Positions 10,374 through 18,826 of a stretch of DNA of 64,000 bases are shown one piece after another. Within the stretch, counting starts at the first letter, position 1; the number at the start of each line of letters is the position of its first letter. Below the pieces are notes generated by a model, which saw nothing but the letters and a program-made list of their open reading frames with translations, did not search any database and was not told the origin of the DNA. The position numbers and the translations under genes are program-made. The stretch covers positions 288,001 to 352,000 of the forward strand of contig CAWDNU010000003.1 in NCBI GenBank assembly GCA_963803705.1, written 5' to 3'. Origin of the DNA: an uncultured Pseudobdellovibrionaceae bacterium (GTDB lineage Bacteria > Bdellovibrionota > Bdellovibrionia > Bdellovibrionales > UBA1609).

Positions 10374-11769
10374 GCCTGGAGCCCACATTCATATAATGGG
10401 AATTTGCGGCACTGCTATGGGAAATTTTGCCGGCTTACTGAAGTCCATGGGCTATAAAATTACAGGAAGTGACTTAAATATTTATCCCCCAATGTCAGAT
10501 GTTTTAAAGAGCTTAAATATTGAAGTATATGAAGGTTACAAAAAAGAAAACCTAACCCCTGCCCCAGATTTTGTAGTGGTTGGTAACGTTATTAGCCGTA
10601 GTATGCCTGAAGCCGAATTTTTACTTGCGTCAAATATTCCTTATGCCTCATTTCCTGAAAGTATCGGAGAAATGATTTTAAAAAAGACACATTCGATAGC
10701 AATCTGTGGAACCCATGGGAAGACAACCACTACAGCCATGCAGGCCTGGATAGCTGAAAGTTTGATGCTACACCCAGGTTACTTAATCGGTGGAGTACCT
10801 AAGAATCTAAAAAGTTCTTTCAGTGGCGGTAACGGTGATTACTTTATTATCGAAGGGGACGAGTACGACACAGCTTTTTTTGATAAAGTTCCTAAGTTCA
10901 AGCATTACCATCCGAAATCAGCTGTTTTGACCAGTATTGAATTCGACCATGCGGATATTTATAAAGACTTGGATGACGTGCTAGAGGCCTTCAAAATTTT
11001 ATTTGAAAAGTTAGACCCAAATGGAACGCTTATCTATCATGCGCAAGACCGTAATATCAAAAATTTGCTAAGTGAAATTAGATCACAAAGCACAATCAGC
11101 TACGGATTTGAAAATGCAGATTTTTTGATAAGAAATATTGATTACTCAAATGACTTCACTCGTTGGGATGTCGATTATAAAAATAAGACATTTCATTTAA
11201 AAACGAAGATGAGCGGCGAGCATAATGTATTAAATTTTACAGCTAATTTTGCTTTAAGCACCTCTTTAGGTTGGGATATTCCCAAAGTGATAAAGGCCAT
11301 TGAAAGCTTTGAAGGTGTCAAAAGGCGTCAAGAGATTTTAGGTGAAATTGGTGAGGTTCTAGTCATAGAAGATTTTGCTCATCACCCCACCGCGGTAAAA
11401 ATGACCCTGCAGGGTTTAAAGAAGAAGTATAATGGGCGCAGGCTGGTGGGTGTGTTTGAACCGAGGTCAGCGACCTCAAGAAGATCAATTTTTCAAGAAG
11501 ACTATTTTCATGCCTTTCACAAAAATTGCGACAGTGTGATTGTGGCCGAACCCTATCTACCGAGTAACAGCCAGTTCTCATCAAAAATTTTAGTGAACAA
11601 TTTAAATGCAGAGGGGACTCACGCTGTATTGTCTGAAAGCTACAATACAGTTGTAAACGATATCCTTATAAATGCTAAGCCTAAGGATGTCTTAGTGCTT
11701 ATGAGCAATGGGGGTTTCGGAGGCATTTACGACCAAGTGCTAGAGGGGCTAAAAAACAAGGCAAAGTGA
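10348..11769 (+). CDS. mpl: Murein peptide ligase (UDP-MurNAc:tripeptide ligase)
   Basis: HIMGICGTAMG, GTHGKTTT, IEGDEYDTAFFDKVPKF, EFDHADIY, DFAHHPTA, FEPRS, MSNGGFGGI. Confidence 0.93.
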   Translation: MTKKISDLRPGAHIHIMGICGTAMGNFAGLLKSMGYKITGSDLNIYPPMSDVLKSLNIEVYEGYKKENLTPAPDFVVVGNVISRSMPEAEFLLASNIPYASFPESIGEMILKKTHSIAICGTHGKTTTTAMQAWIAESLMLHPGYLIGGVPKNLKSSFSGGNGDYFIIEGDEYDTAFFDKVPKFKHYHPKSAVLTSIEFDHADIYKDLDDVLEAFKILFEKLDPNGTLIYHAQDRNIKNLLSEIRSQSTISYGFENADFLIRNIDYSNDFTRWDVDYKNKTFHLKTKMSGEHNVLNFTANFALSTSLGWDIPKVIKAIESFEGVKRRQEILGEIGEVLVIEDFAHHPTAVKMTLQGLKKKYNGRRLVGVFEPRSATSRRSIFQEDYFHAFHKNCDSVIVAEPYLPSNSQFSSKILVNNLNAEGTHAVLSESYNTVVNDILINAKPKDVLVLMSNGGFGGIYDQVLEGLKNKAK

Positions 11770-11902
11770 TGTCTTCAGATCGATTTAATCTCGTATTGAG
11801 ACGTAATTCTAACTATTTCTTTGCTTTTAACTAAAATTTAATTTCATGCTAGGTTTTTTGCCCATAAATTGAGATAATACTCATAGAAGAAAGGGGTATC
11901 TT

Positions 11903-12193
11903 ATGAAGAGGCCTAATTTAATAGCTTTTAATTTAAAGTCAGAGCAATCCAGTTTAAAAAAATCCAAGCCCAAGGTTGCACAGTTTTTATTTTTGGCCTT
12001 TGCGATAATTTCTTTTTCCACCATATCTTTTGCTCAAGCAGATGACGTAAGACGTCTACAGAGTAATATTTCATCTTTAAAATCAAAAATTAGAGAATCT
12101 CAGGCTAAAGATCCTAAAGATATTCAGAGACTTTACAAGCTAGAAAATGAGTTAGAAAAAAAGATGTATCTTCAAAAAAATAGAGCCAGGTAA
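11903..12193 (+). CDS. Hypothetical exported coiled-coil protein
   Basis: Basic N-terminus, hydrophobic stretch ending SFA-Q, charged helical mature part; purine-rich RBS. Confidence 0.65.
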   Translation: MKRPNLIAFNLKSEQSSLKKSKPKVAQFLFLAFAIISFSTISFAQADDVRRLQSNISSLKSKIRESQAKDPKDIQRLYKLENELEKKMYLQKNRAR

Positions 12194-12298
12194 GCTCTCA
12201 TAGTGTTAGATAAGCCTCTAGAGTATTCAAGGCATTAATTCTTGCATCAAGAGCGTCAAACTATTGATATCTCGTCTGGTATAAGGGATTTTATTCCC

Positions 12299-14887
12299 AT
12301 GACTAAAAAAACCTCCCTGGCAAAAAAAAAGAAACCACTAAGTCCCTTAATGGTCCAATATAAGGGTATAAAAGCAAAGTGTCCCAATGATATTTTGTTA
12401 TTTCGCATGGGGGACTTTTACGAGTTATTCGAAAAGGACGCTGAAATTGCAGCCCCTGTCGTGGGGTTAACTTTAACTTGCCGGAATAAAAAATCTGGAG
12501 ACACGACACCTATGTGTGGCTTTCCTCATCACAGCATGGCGGGGCCTATTCAAAAATTATTGAGCGCAGGTCATAGAGTTTCGATCTGCGATCAAATTGA
12601 AAGTCCAGCCGAAGCTAAGGGTCTGGTCAAAAGAGATATTACAAGGCGTCTTAGTCCTGGGATGGTATTTGATCCAGATTCTTTGGATCAGAAGACAGGC
12701 CACTACATGATGTCTTTTGATAAAAATCATGTTGCTTTTTTAGATTCAACCACAGCTGAAGCTTTTTATTTTGAAAATGATGGTAGTGATCTTGATTATT
12801 TCTTCGAGGCTTTCAATATTGTTGAAATCATCTTGGACACGCAAGATAATAATTTTAAGCCACCATATTTAATATGTGTAACCTACGTAAATTCAAGCGA
12901 TGCCAAAACGCAGTCGGATTCACGTGACCTTTTAGTTAATTATATTAGCGCAAATCAGGGGAAAGACTTTCAGAAAATCTTCGATGGGTTTAAATTTTTT
13001 GAAAGATCTAAGTCTTTAACTTTAACTTCTAAAGTGATTAAACATTTAGAGATTTTCAAAAATTATGAGGGCGAGACCAAAGGCTCTTTATTTGAAACTA
13101 TAAACAAAACAATGACGCCCGCAGGGTCAAGAAAGCTTAAAAAATGGTTAAGAACGCCACTGTGTGATGGAGCAGAAATTTCTAGACGCCACGACGATGT
13201 TGAATATTGGACTAAAGACTTTTTGAAGCTAAAAAGTGTTCGTGAACTTTTAAGATCTTTAGGTGATTTAGAACGACGGACTTTAAAGATCACAAGTCCT
13301 AGCTGTGGTCCTAAAGATTTATTAAGATTATCGGATAGTCTTCTGACTTTAATAGGGATAAAAAGTTTTTTAAGTTTTGATAAAAAGCTGTTCGAATCTG
13401 TCGAAGAGATTTATGAATTGATATCTCGTGCAATCAAAGAAGACGCTCCAGTTCAGTTCTCAACTGGTCAATTTATTGAAATTGGTTACAGCCCAGAGCT
13501 TGACGAAGTTATAGAGCTTGCCGAAAATGCTCAAAATTTAATTCATAAGATGGAAAAAGAACAAAGAGAGAAAGTAGGGGTTCAAAGTTTAAAGATTAGG
13601 TATAATGGAGTGTTTGGTTATTATATCGAGGTGTCTAAGATACACACTTCGAAAATTCCCAAAAATTACATCAGAAAACAGACGCTGGTTTCCAGCGAAC
13701 GTTACACCACAGAAGAACTTCAAGCTTTAGAAGAAAAAGTTTTGCTTTCAAAAGGTAAGCGTATCCAGCTTGAACTTGCTGCGTTGACACAGATCAAAGA
13801 AAGAGTCCTGGTGAAGTCTAAAGATTTCTTAAGAATTTGCCAGGTTGTTGCGGAAGTAGATGTATTATCCTCTTTAGCCTGGTTAAGCATAGAGAGAAAG
13901 TATATACGTCCAGAAATCAGCATTGAGGGTCGCTTAGCTCTTCTAAAGTCTAGGCACCCTGTTGTTGAAGACAATATGACCCAATTTATCGCTAATGACA
14001 TATTTTTACAGCAAGGACAGTGCCTTCTCATCACTGGACCAAATATGGCAGGTAAGTCCACTGTCATGAGACAGGTGGCGTTAAGCGTTTTGCTAAATCA
14101 GATGGGTTCATTCGTGCCAGCAACAGCTGCGACACTTCCTATATATAAAACCTTGCACACTCGTATCGGAGCCTCGGACTTTTTAAGTCAAGGTATGTCT
14201 ACCTTTATGGTTGAGATGTCTGAAACTGCAGAGTTACTTGCTAAAGCTGGACCGGATAGTCTTATAATCTTAGATGAAATTGGTCGCGGAACAAGCACTT
14301 ACGATGGTCTAAGTTTGGCTCAGTCAATTTTGGAAGAGTTGATTTTTAAAGGCGCAAGCTTTTTGTTTTCCACGCACTATCAAGAACTCACTCAGGTTGG
14401 CGAAAATTTTAACCAAGTTCAAAATATGAGTATGGGTGTAAAAAAAGAAAAAGATAAAATTTTCTTCGAATACGTATTCAAGAAGGGCGCAGCTGAAAAG
14501 TCTTATGGAATTGAAGTTGCAAAAATCGCCGGAGTTGAAAAAAAAGTTATAGATCGCGCCCATGAATTGCTCGCAAAATATAATAAAAAAAGTTCCAGCC
14601 CCGCCGTAGGTGCGGATGTGAAACTCAACGATAGCCCCACCGTAGGTGCGGATGTGAAACTCAACGATAGCCCCACCGTAGGTGCGGATGTGAAACTCAA
14701 CGATAGCCCCACCGCAGGTGCGACAGCCCAACTCTCCTTTTTAGACGCCCAGCCTAGCAATTCAGAACTAAAGCCCATTGACCCTAAGCTTTTAGAATTG
14801 TTAGATAAAGTTAAGACCTTTTCAATTGATCAAGCCACACCGCTTCAAGCCTTGAACGAGATTTCTGAATGGCAAAAAAACTTATAA
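12299..14887 (+). CDS. mutS: DNA mismatch repair protein MutS
   Basis: LFRMGDFYELF, TGPNMAGKST, STFMVEM, LDEIGRGTST, KSYGIEVA; C-terminal QLSFL clamp-type motif; ATG at 12299 preferred to TTG at 12242. Confidence 0.97.
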   Translation: MTKKTSLAKKKKPLSPLMVQYKGIKAKCPNDILLFRMGDFYELFEKDAEIAAPVVGLTLTCRNKKSGDTTPMCGFPHHSMAGPIQKLLSAGHRVSICDQIESPAEAKGLVKRDITRRLSPGMVFDPDSLDQKTGHYMMSFDKNHVAFLDSTTAEAFYFENDGSDLDYFFEAFNIVEIILDTQDNNFKPPYLICVTYVNSSDAKTQSDSRDLLVNYISANQGKDFQKIFDGFKFFERSKSLTLTSKVIKHLEIFKNYEGETKGSLFETINKTMTPAGSRKLKKWLRTPLCDGAEISRRHDDVEYWTKDFLKLKSVRELLRSLGDLERRTLKITSPSCGPKDLLRLSDSLLTLIGIKSFLSFDKKLFESVEEIYELISRAIKEDAPVQFSTGQFIEIGYSPELDEVIELAENAQNLIHKMEKEQREKVGVQSLKIRYNGVFGYYIEVSKIHTSKIPKNYIRKQTLVSSERYTTEELQALEEKVLLSKGKRIQLELAALTQIKERVLVKSKDFLRICQVVAEVDVLSSLAWLSIERKYIRPEISIEGRLALLKSRHPVVEDNMTQFIANDIFLQQGQCLLITGPNMAGKSTVMRQVALSVLLNQMGSFVPATAATLPIYKTLHTRIGASDFLSQGMSTFMVEMSETAELLAKAGPDSLIILDEIGRGTSTYDGLSLAQSILEELIFKGASFLFSTHYQELTQVGENFNQVQNMSMGVKKEKDKIFFEYVFKKGAAEKSYGIEVAKIAGVEKKVIDRAHELLAKYNKKSSSPAVGADVKLNDSPTVGADVKLNDSPTVGADVKLNDSPTAGATAQLSFLDAQPSNSELKPIDPKLLELLDKVKTFSIDQATPLQALNEISEWQKNL
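14597..14722 (+). repeat. In-frame tandem repeat in mutS: 3.5 copies of 36-bp unit A (SPTVGADVKLND)
   Basis: AGCCCCACCGTAGGTGCGGATGTGAAACTCAACGAT; cores start at 14597, 14633, 14669, 14705. Confidence 0.97.
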
Positions 14888-17580
14888 CCGATTCTAAATT
14901 TTTTATTATATCAGGTGCGGATGTGAAACTCGACGGTAGCCCCACCGCAGGTGCGGATGTGAAACTCAACGGAAGCCTCACCGCAGGTGGAAAAGCTCCA
15001 GCAAAAGCTGAAAGCATTTGCGAGCTAGACAGCAGCCTCACCGCAGGTGCGGATGTGAAACCCAACGGTAGCCCCACCGCACCTAAACCGACGCCACCTT
15101 TTGTATCGCAAGAAAAACTGCAAAAATTTGTTATGGAAGTAATCCGTAATGAAGCAAAAAAAAAAATATATAAAGATCTAAAAATTTTTACGATGGGTTC
15201 TTTAAGCTACGAAGGCATCTGTCCATATTCTGATGTCGATCTTTTAGCAGTTGGTGACAAGTCCCTAGCCAAAGAATTTGCAAAAAAACTGGAATTAAAG
15301 CTGAACAATATCAAGATTAAATGGCAGCCGAATTTAGAAATCAGTCAGACCGCTGACATATTCGATCACATTTCAATGTTCTTTTTAAGAGCATTGAATC
15401 CAGATGATGACCCCTTAGTTCTTAATTTTAAACTTAAGCAGTCAGAATGGATACGAAGCAATTTGACGACCTACAAGAAGAAACTGATAGAAGCTCAAGC
15501 TTCAAGACGCAGCCGGTACGGTTCAGTAGGGGGGGAGTTATCACCCAATCTTAAGTTTGGCCCCGGTGGACTTAGAGATACCTGTCAGGCCATTGCTTGG
15601 ATAGGTTGGATAAGAAAAGCTCCAGCAAAAGCTGAAAGCATTTGTGAGCTAGACAGCAGCCCCACCGCAGGTGGAAAAGCTCCAGCAAAAGCTGAAAGCA
15701 TTTGTGAGCTAGACAGCAGCCCCACCGCAGGTGGAAAAGCTCCAGCAAAAGCTGAAAGCATTTGTGAGCTAGACAGCAGCCCCACCGCAGGTGCAGATGT
15801 AAAACTCGACGATAGCCTCACCGCAGGTGCGGATGTAAAACTGAGTGGCACGCCCTTGCTGATGTTGCAACTAGAGCAAACGCTTTACAAAAATTTAGCT
15901 CACATTTACTGCGTACGCTACGCAACTCAAGCTTTATTTGGTGTGGACAGAGTCAATCTAGAAAGTTGGAAAGACCTCTTAAGATTTTTGAACAAAGACC
16001 CTGAATACAGAAAAGATTTTTACATGTTGTTGAACAAGCAGTTTCAGGTCGCAGATTTAGCTTTTCAAAACTTTGATCCAGATCTCTTTTACAAATCTAA
16101 TTGGGATGAGGCTAGTTTATCGAAATGGATCTTTAAAAAAAAGGTCGACAATATTTTTCCATTAAAGAATCTTAACGAAGATAATTTCAAAATATATGCG
16201 TATTATTTCAAAAATATAATTGCAAAAAAAAGCAAATCAGACTTAATTTTTTTGCAGCGAATTTACGATTGGATCAAAAATTTGTTTCTAGAAAATACTC
16301 AAGACTGGCAAATAGACTTCATAGTCGATTCAGGTTTAGGACCTAGTCTTTTCCAAAAGGACTGGGATCATGTCTCTGGCCAAGTGCAGTCAGATCACTA
16401 TCATAAGTACATAGTTTCAGAGCATCTGCGGCAAACATTAAAGGCAGTGTGCAAACTTCAAAATAATGAATTAGATAGGCACTCTTTGAAAGACGCCTGT
16501 TCAGAGCTCTCAAAAAAAGATTGGCAACTTTTAAAGTGGGTAGCCTTATTTCACGATTTGAAAAAGGGCTTTGTAGTTGATCACTCTGAGCTGGGACTTC
16601 AGTTCGTGAATAGTTTTGCTTTTTTTTTCAAAAACGAGAAGAAAATAGTGGGAAATTTAGTTCAGAACCATTTGAAATTATCTACTTTTGCGTTTCGCTT
16701 TGAACACACTGATCAAGCTCAGTTAAAAAAATTAGATGATCTATTTGAAGCTTCAGTTGAAATTAAACTTCTTTTGATCTTCACAGCGGCAGATATAATG
16801 GGCTCAAACCCGGGATCATGGAACAGATGGAAAGCAGATCAACTAAATTTTGCTTATAAATCTTTGATGATCTATCGAAACCAAAGAGTAGCCTTCGACT
16901 TTAAGCTTTTAGAGGGCTTCGAAATTTCACCCCAGTTGATTGAGGTTGTTACTGAGAAATACTTAAAAAAAGATCTGGATCTGTTAACGTCCAACTATGA
17001 TGATACGGGTCTTAAAGAAAACTGGGAAGTCACTCGAATTGACCACAGTGTATGGGTAAGAGTTTTTAAAAGGGACGATGGGCCGGGATCTTTAGGAAAG
17101 ATTCTGAACTTTTTGTACATCGCGGGGCTACCTATTGAGCAGGCTTTTATCAGCACAGCTCAGCTAACCAAACTGTCAAAAAATACGAGTAATTGTGAAG
17201 GATACATCTATAACTGGTTTCGATTACCTTCAACTTTTGAAAAACCAGTGGCTCAGATACAAAAAAGAATTCAATTTCTATTTCTGCAATCTGAATTTGA
17301 AGATATTCAGTTCAAGGTTAGTATAGAGAAAGTTTTATTTTTGACAGAAAATAAAGGTAAATTAAGTTTTGTCTTTAAAGGCCAAGACCAAAAAGGAGTT
17401 TTGCTTTTCATTAGCAAAATATTTGGAGCCCTAGGGGTAAGCATACAAAAAGCCCAAGTGAATACATGGGGAAGCCGGATCGAGGACGTTTTTACGGTCC
17501 TAAAACAAGATTTCGAACAGAAAGACCTGCTGACTAAATTGGAAAAAAGCCTAAGTTTAGCGCAAAGTATTAAAATTTAA
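14869..17580 (+). CDS. glnD: GlnD-like [protein-PII] uridylyltransferase/uridylyl-removing enzyme (NTase, HD and two ACT domains)
   Basis: GSLSYEGICPYSDVDLL, PNLKFGPGGLRD, QSDHYHKYIVSEH, LFHDLKKG..DHSELG, GQDQKGVL..AQVNTWGSRIEDVF; divergent; two repeat insertions; overlaps the mutS stop. Confidence 0.82.
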   Translation: MAKKLITDSKFFIISGADVKLDGSPTAGADVKLNGSLTAGGKAPAKAESICELDSSLTAGADVKPNGSPTAPKPTPPFVSQEKLQKFVMEVIRNEAKKKIYKDLKIFTMGSLSYEGICPYSDVDLLAVGDKSLAKEFAKKLELKLNNIKIKWQPNLEISQTADIFDHISMFFLRALNPDDDPLVLNFKLKQSEWIRSNLTTYKKKLIEAQASRRSRYGSVGGELSPNLKFGPGGLRDTCQAIAWIGWIRKAPAKAESICELDSSPTAGGKAPAKAESICELDSSPTAGGKAPAKAESICELDSSPTAGADVKLDDSLTAGADVKLSGTPLLMLQLEQTLYKNLAHIYCVRYATQALFGVDRVNLESWKDLLRFLNKDPEYRKDFYMLLNKQFQVADLAFQNFDPDLFYKSNWDEASLSKWIFKKKVDNIFPLKNLNEDNFKIYAYYFKNIIAKKSKSDLIFLQRIYDWIKNLFLENTQDWQIDFIVDSGLGPSLFQKDWDHVSGQVQSDHYHKYIVSEHLRQTLKAVCKLQNNELDRHSLKDACSELSKKDWQLLKWVALFHDLKKGFVVDHSELGLQFVNSFAFFFKNEKKIVGNLVQNHLKLSTFAFRFEHTDQAQLKKLDDLFEASVEIKLLLIFTAADIMGSNPGSWNRWKADQLNFAYKSLMIYRNQRVAFDFKLLEGFEISPQLIEVVTEKYLKKDLDLLTSNYDDTGLKENWEVTRIDHSVWVRVFKRDDGPGSLGKILNFLYIAGLPIEQAFISTAQLTKLSKNTSNCEGYIYNWFRLPSTFEKPVAQIQKRIQFLFLQSEFEDIQFKVSIEKVLFLTENKGKLSFVFKGQDQKGVLLFISKIFGALGVSIQKAQVNTWGSRIEDVFTVLKQDFEQKDLLTKLEKSLSLAQSIKI
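14912..15081 (+). repeat. In-frame mosaic repeat at glnD N-terminus (units A-A-B-A)
   Basis: Cores AGCC(C/T)CACCGCA(GGTG) at 14938, 14974, 15034, 15070 (spacing 36, 60, 36); last core truncated. Confidence 0.95.
15614..15845 (+). repeat. In-frame mosaic repeat inside glnD (units B-B-B-A-partial A)
   Basis: Three identical 60-bp units GAAAAGCTCCAGCAAAAGCTGAAAGCATTTGTGAGCTAGACAGCAGCCCCACCGCAGGTG, then 36-bp A units; cores at 15658, 15718, 15778, 15814. Confidence 0.97.
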
Positions 17581-17835
17581 GCTTTGTTTTACAAATGCTA
17601 GCATTTGTTGCACTTTAAGGTGCTGATTGACTCATCAGGGCTAAACCCCTGATATCTATTGCTTTTCGGGACGTATCGAAAATTTAAGAAATAAGACATT
17701 CTTTGGTCTAGAATAAGCAAAAAGCCTATATAAAATACTTCTGTCTAGTTTTTGTCAAAACTTTTCTCTAGTGCTTGCCTGCATTAAGAAAGATTGCCAG
17801 ACTTTATGTAAGGGCTAGGGTTGGCCCGGCTAAAT

Positions 17836-17855
17836 GGGGAGGAGCAAGGATGCTT
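17836..17855 (+). promoter_or_regulatory. Candidate CsrA/RsmA-binding hairpin over the RBS and start codon
   Basis: AGCA-AGGA-TGCT stem-loop (CANGGANG) includes the ATG; two more GGA motifs just upstream. Confidence 0.5.
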
Positions 17856-18233
17856 AAAGATGTGTTAATAAGAGAAGGGCTTTCAAATAGAGAAGCCGAA
17901 GTTGCGGAGTTGGTTACACAAGGTCTTTCAAACAAAGAAGTTGCAAATAGACTTTTTGTCACTGAAAAAACTGTTAAGTTTCATCTTACAAACATTTATA
18001 AAAAGATGAATGTTAAATCACGTGCTCAGCTAATTGTATGGTGCTTACCAAATATGACTTTCGTTGAAAAGACAGACACGGCGATTATTGAAAATTCGCC
18101 TAACTCTGTTTCTCAAGGAACTTCGAATCAGGTCGCCGAACCGGCTAACAATGAAGCTACTGAGAAGAAAGCTGAAAAAGAAACGCCTACGATTATACCA
18201 GGTCAGGCTAATAAGTCTGGATATTCTTTTTAA
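17850..18233 (+). CDS. Standalone LuxR/GerE-type HTH transcriptional regulator
   Basis: LSNREAEVAELVTQGLSNKEVANRLFVTEKTVKFHLTNIYKKMNVKSRAQL; GGAGGAG SD supports ATG at 17850. Confidence 0.92.
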   Translation: MLKDVLIREGLSNREAEVAELVTQGLSNKEVANRLFVTEKTVKFHLTNIYKKMNVKSRAQLIVWCLPNMTFVEKTDTAIIENSPNSVSQGTSNQVAEPANNEATEKKAEKETPTIIPGQANKSGYSF

Positions 18234-18252
18234 TCAGGAATATATTAAGACA

Positions 18253-18723
18253 ATGAATACTTCTAAATGCTCTGTCTCCGAAGTTGTGATGACGGAGCTA
18301 GTTTTGCCATCACATACCAATTCTCTTTCAAGTATTTTTGGAGGAGTCATTATGTCTTGGATCGATATCGCGGGAGCGATCTCGGCCCAACGTCATTCAA
18401 GAAGCTCTGTCGTTACTGCTAGTTTAGATGCTTTAAATTTTGAAGCGCCTGTCTACGAGGGCTGGGTTGTTAATTTAAAAGCAAAGGTTAATTATTCTGG
18501 AAGGACTTCAATGGAAGTCGGCGTGCGAGTAGATGCCGAAAATCCACGGACGGGCGAAATTTTTAAAACGGCAAAAGCCTATTTAACCTTTGTGGCTATT
18601 GATGAGTCAGGAAAACCAAAGCAAGTTCCAAGTTTAATTTTAGAAACTAAAGAAGACGAGCGCCGCTTTCAGCAGGCCAAAGTTAGAAAAGAGCACAGGC
18701 TTAGTCAAAAACCAACATCTTAA
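18253..18723 (+). CDS. Acyl-CoA thioesterase (hotdog fold, YciA-like)
   Basis: VLPSHTN..SIFGGVIMSWIDIAG, VVTAS, GRTSMEVGV, YLTFVAIDESGKP; ATG at 18253 preferred. Confidence 0.92.
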   Translation: MNTSKCSVSEVVMTELVLPSHTNSLSSIFGGVIMSWIDIAGAISAQRHSRSSVVTASLDALNFEAPVYEGWVVNLKAKVNYSGRTSMEVGVRVDAENPRTGEIFKTAKAYLTFVAIDESGKPKQVPSLILETKEDERRFQQAKVRKEHRLSQKPTS

Positions 18724-18826
18724 TTAATTTTAAATATTGAATTCTCAAATTCTATTGTTTTATTCTAATCTGTATGTAGCATTTAAGTTACTAACATTTA
18801 TGAATTATTAACAACACGGAGGTTCA

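Noticed and set aside
14597..15845. CRISPR array interpretation of the core-plus-module repeats
   Set aside because: The intervening modules are only two recurring sequences, not unique spacers; the arrays are in-frame in genes; no cas genes are in the window
14324..15851. Minus-strand ORFs over the repeats (14324-14731, 14503-14778, 14811-15077, 15585-15851)
   Set aside because: Shadows of stop-free repeats opposite well-supported mutS and glnD
17775..18252. Long N-terminal extensions of the LuxR and thioesterase ORFs
   Set aside because: Downstream ATGs (17850, 18253) fit the SD or domain starts and remove the overlap
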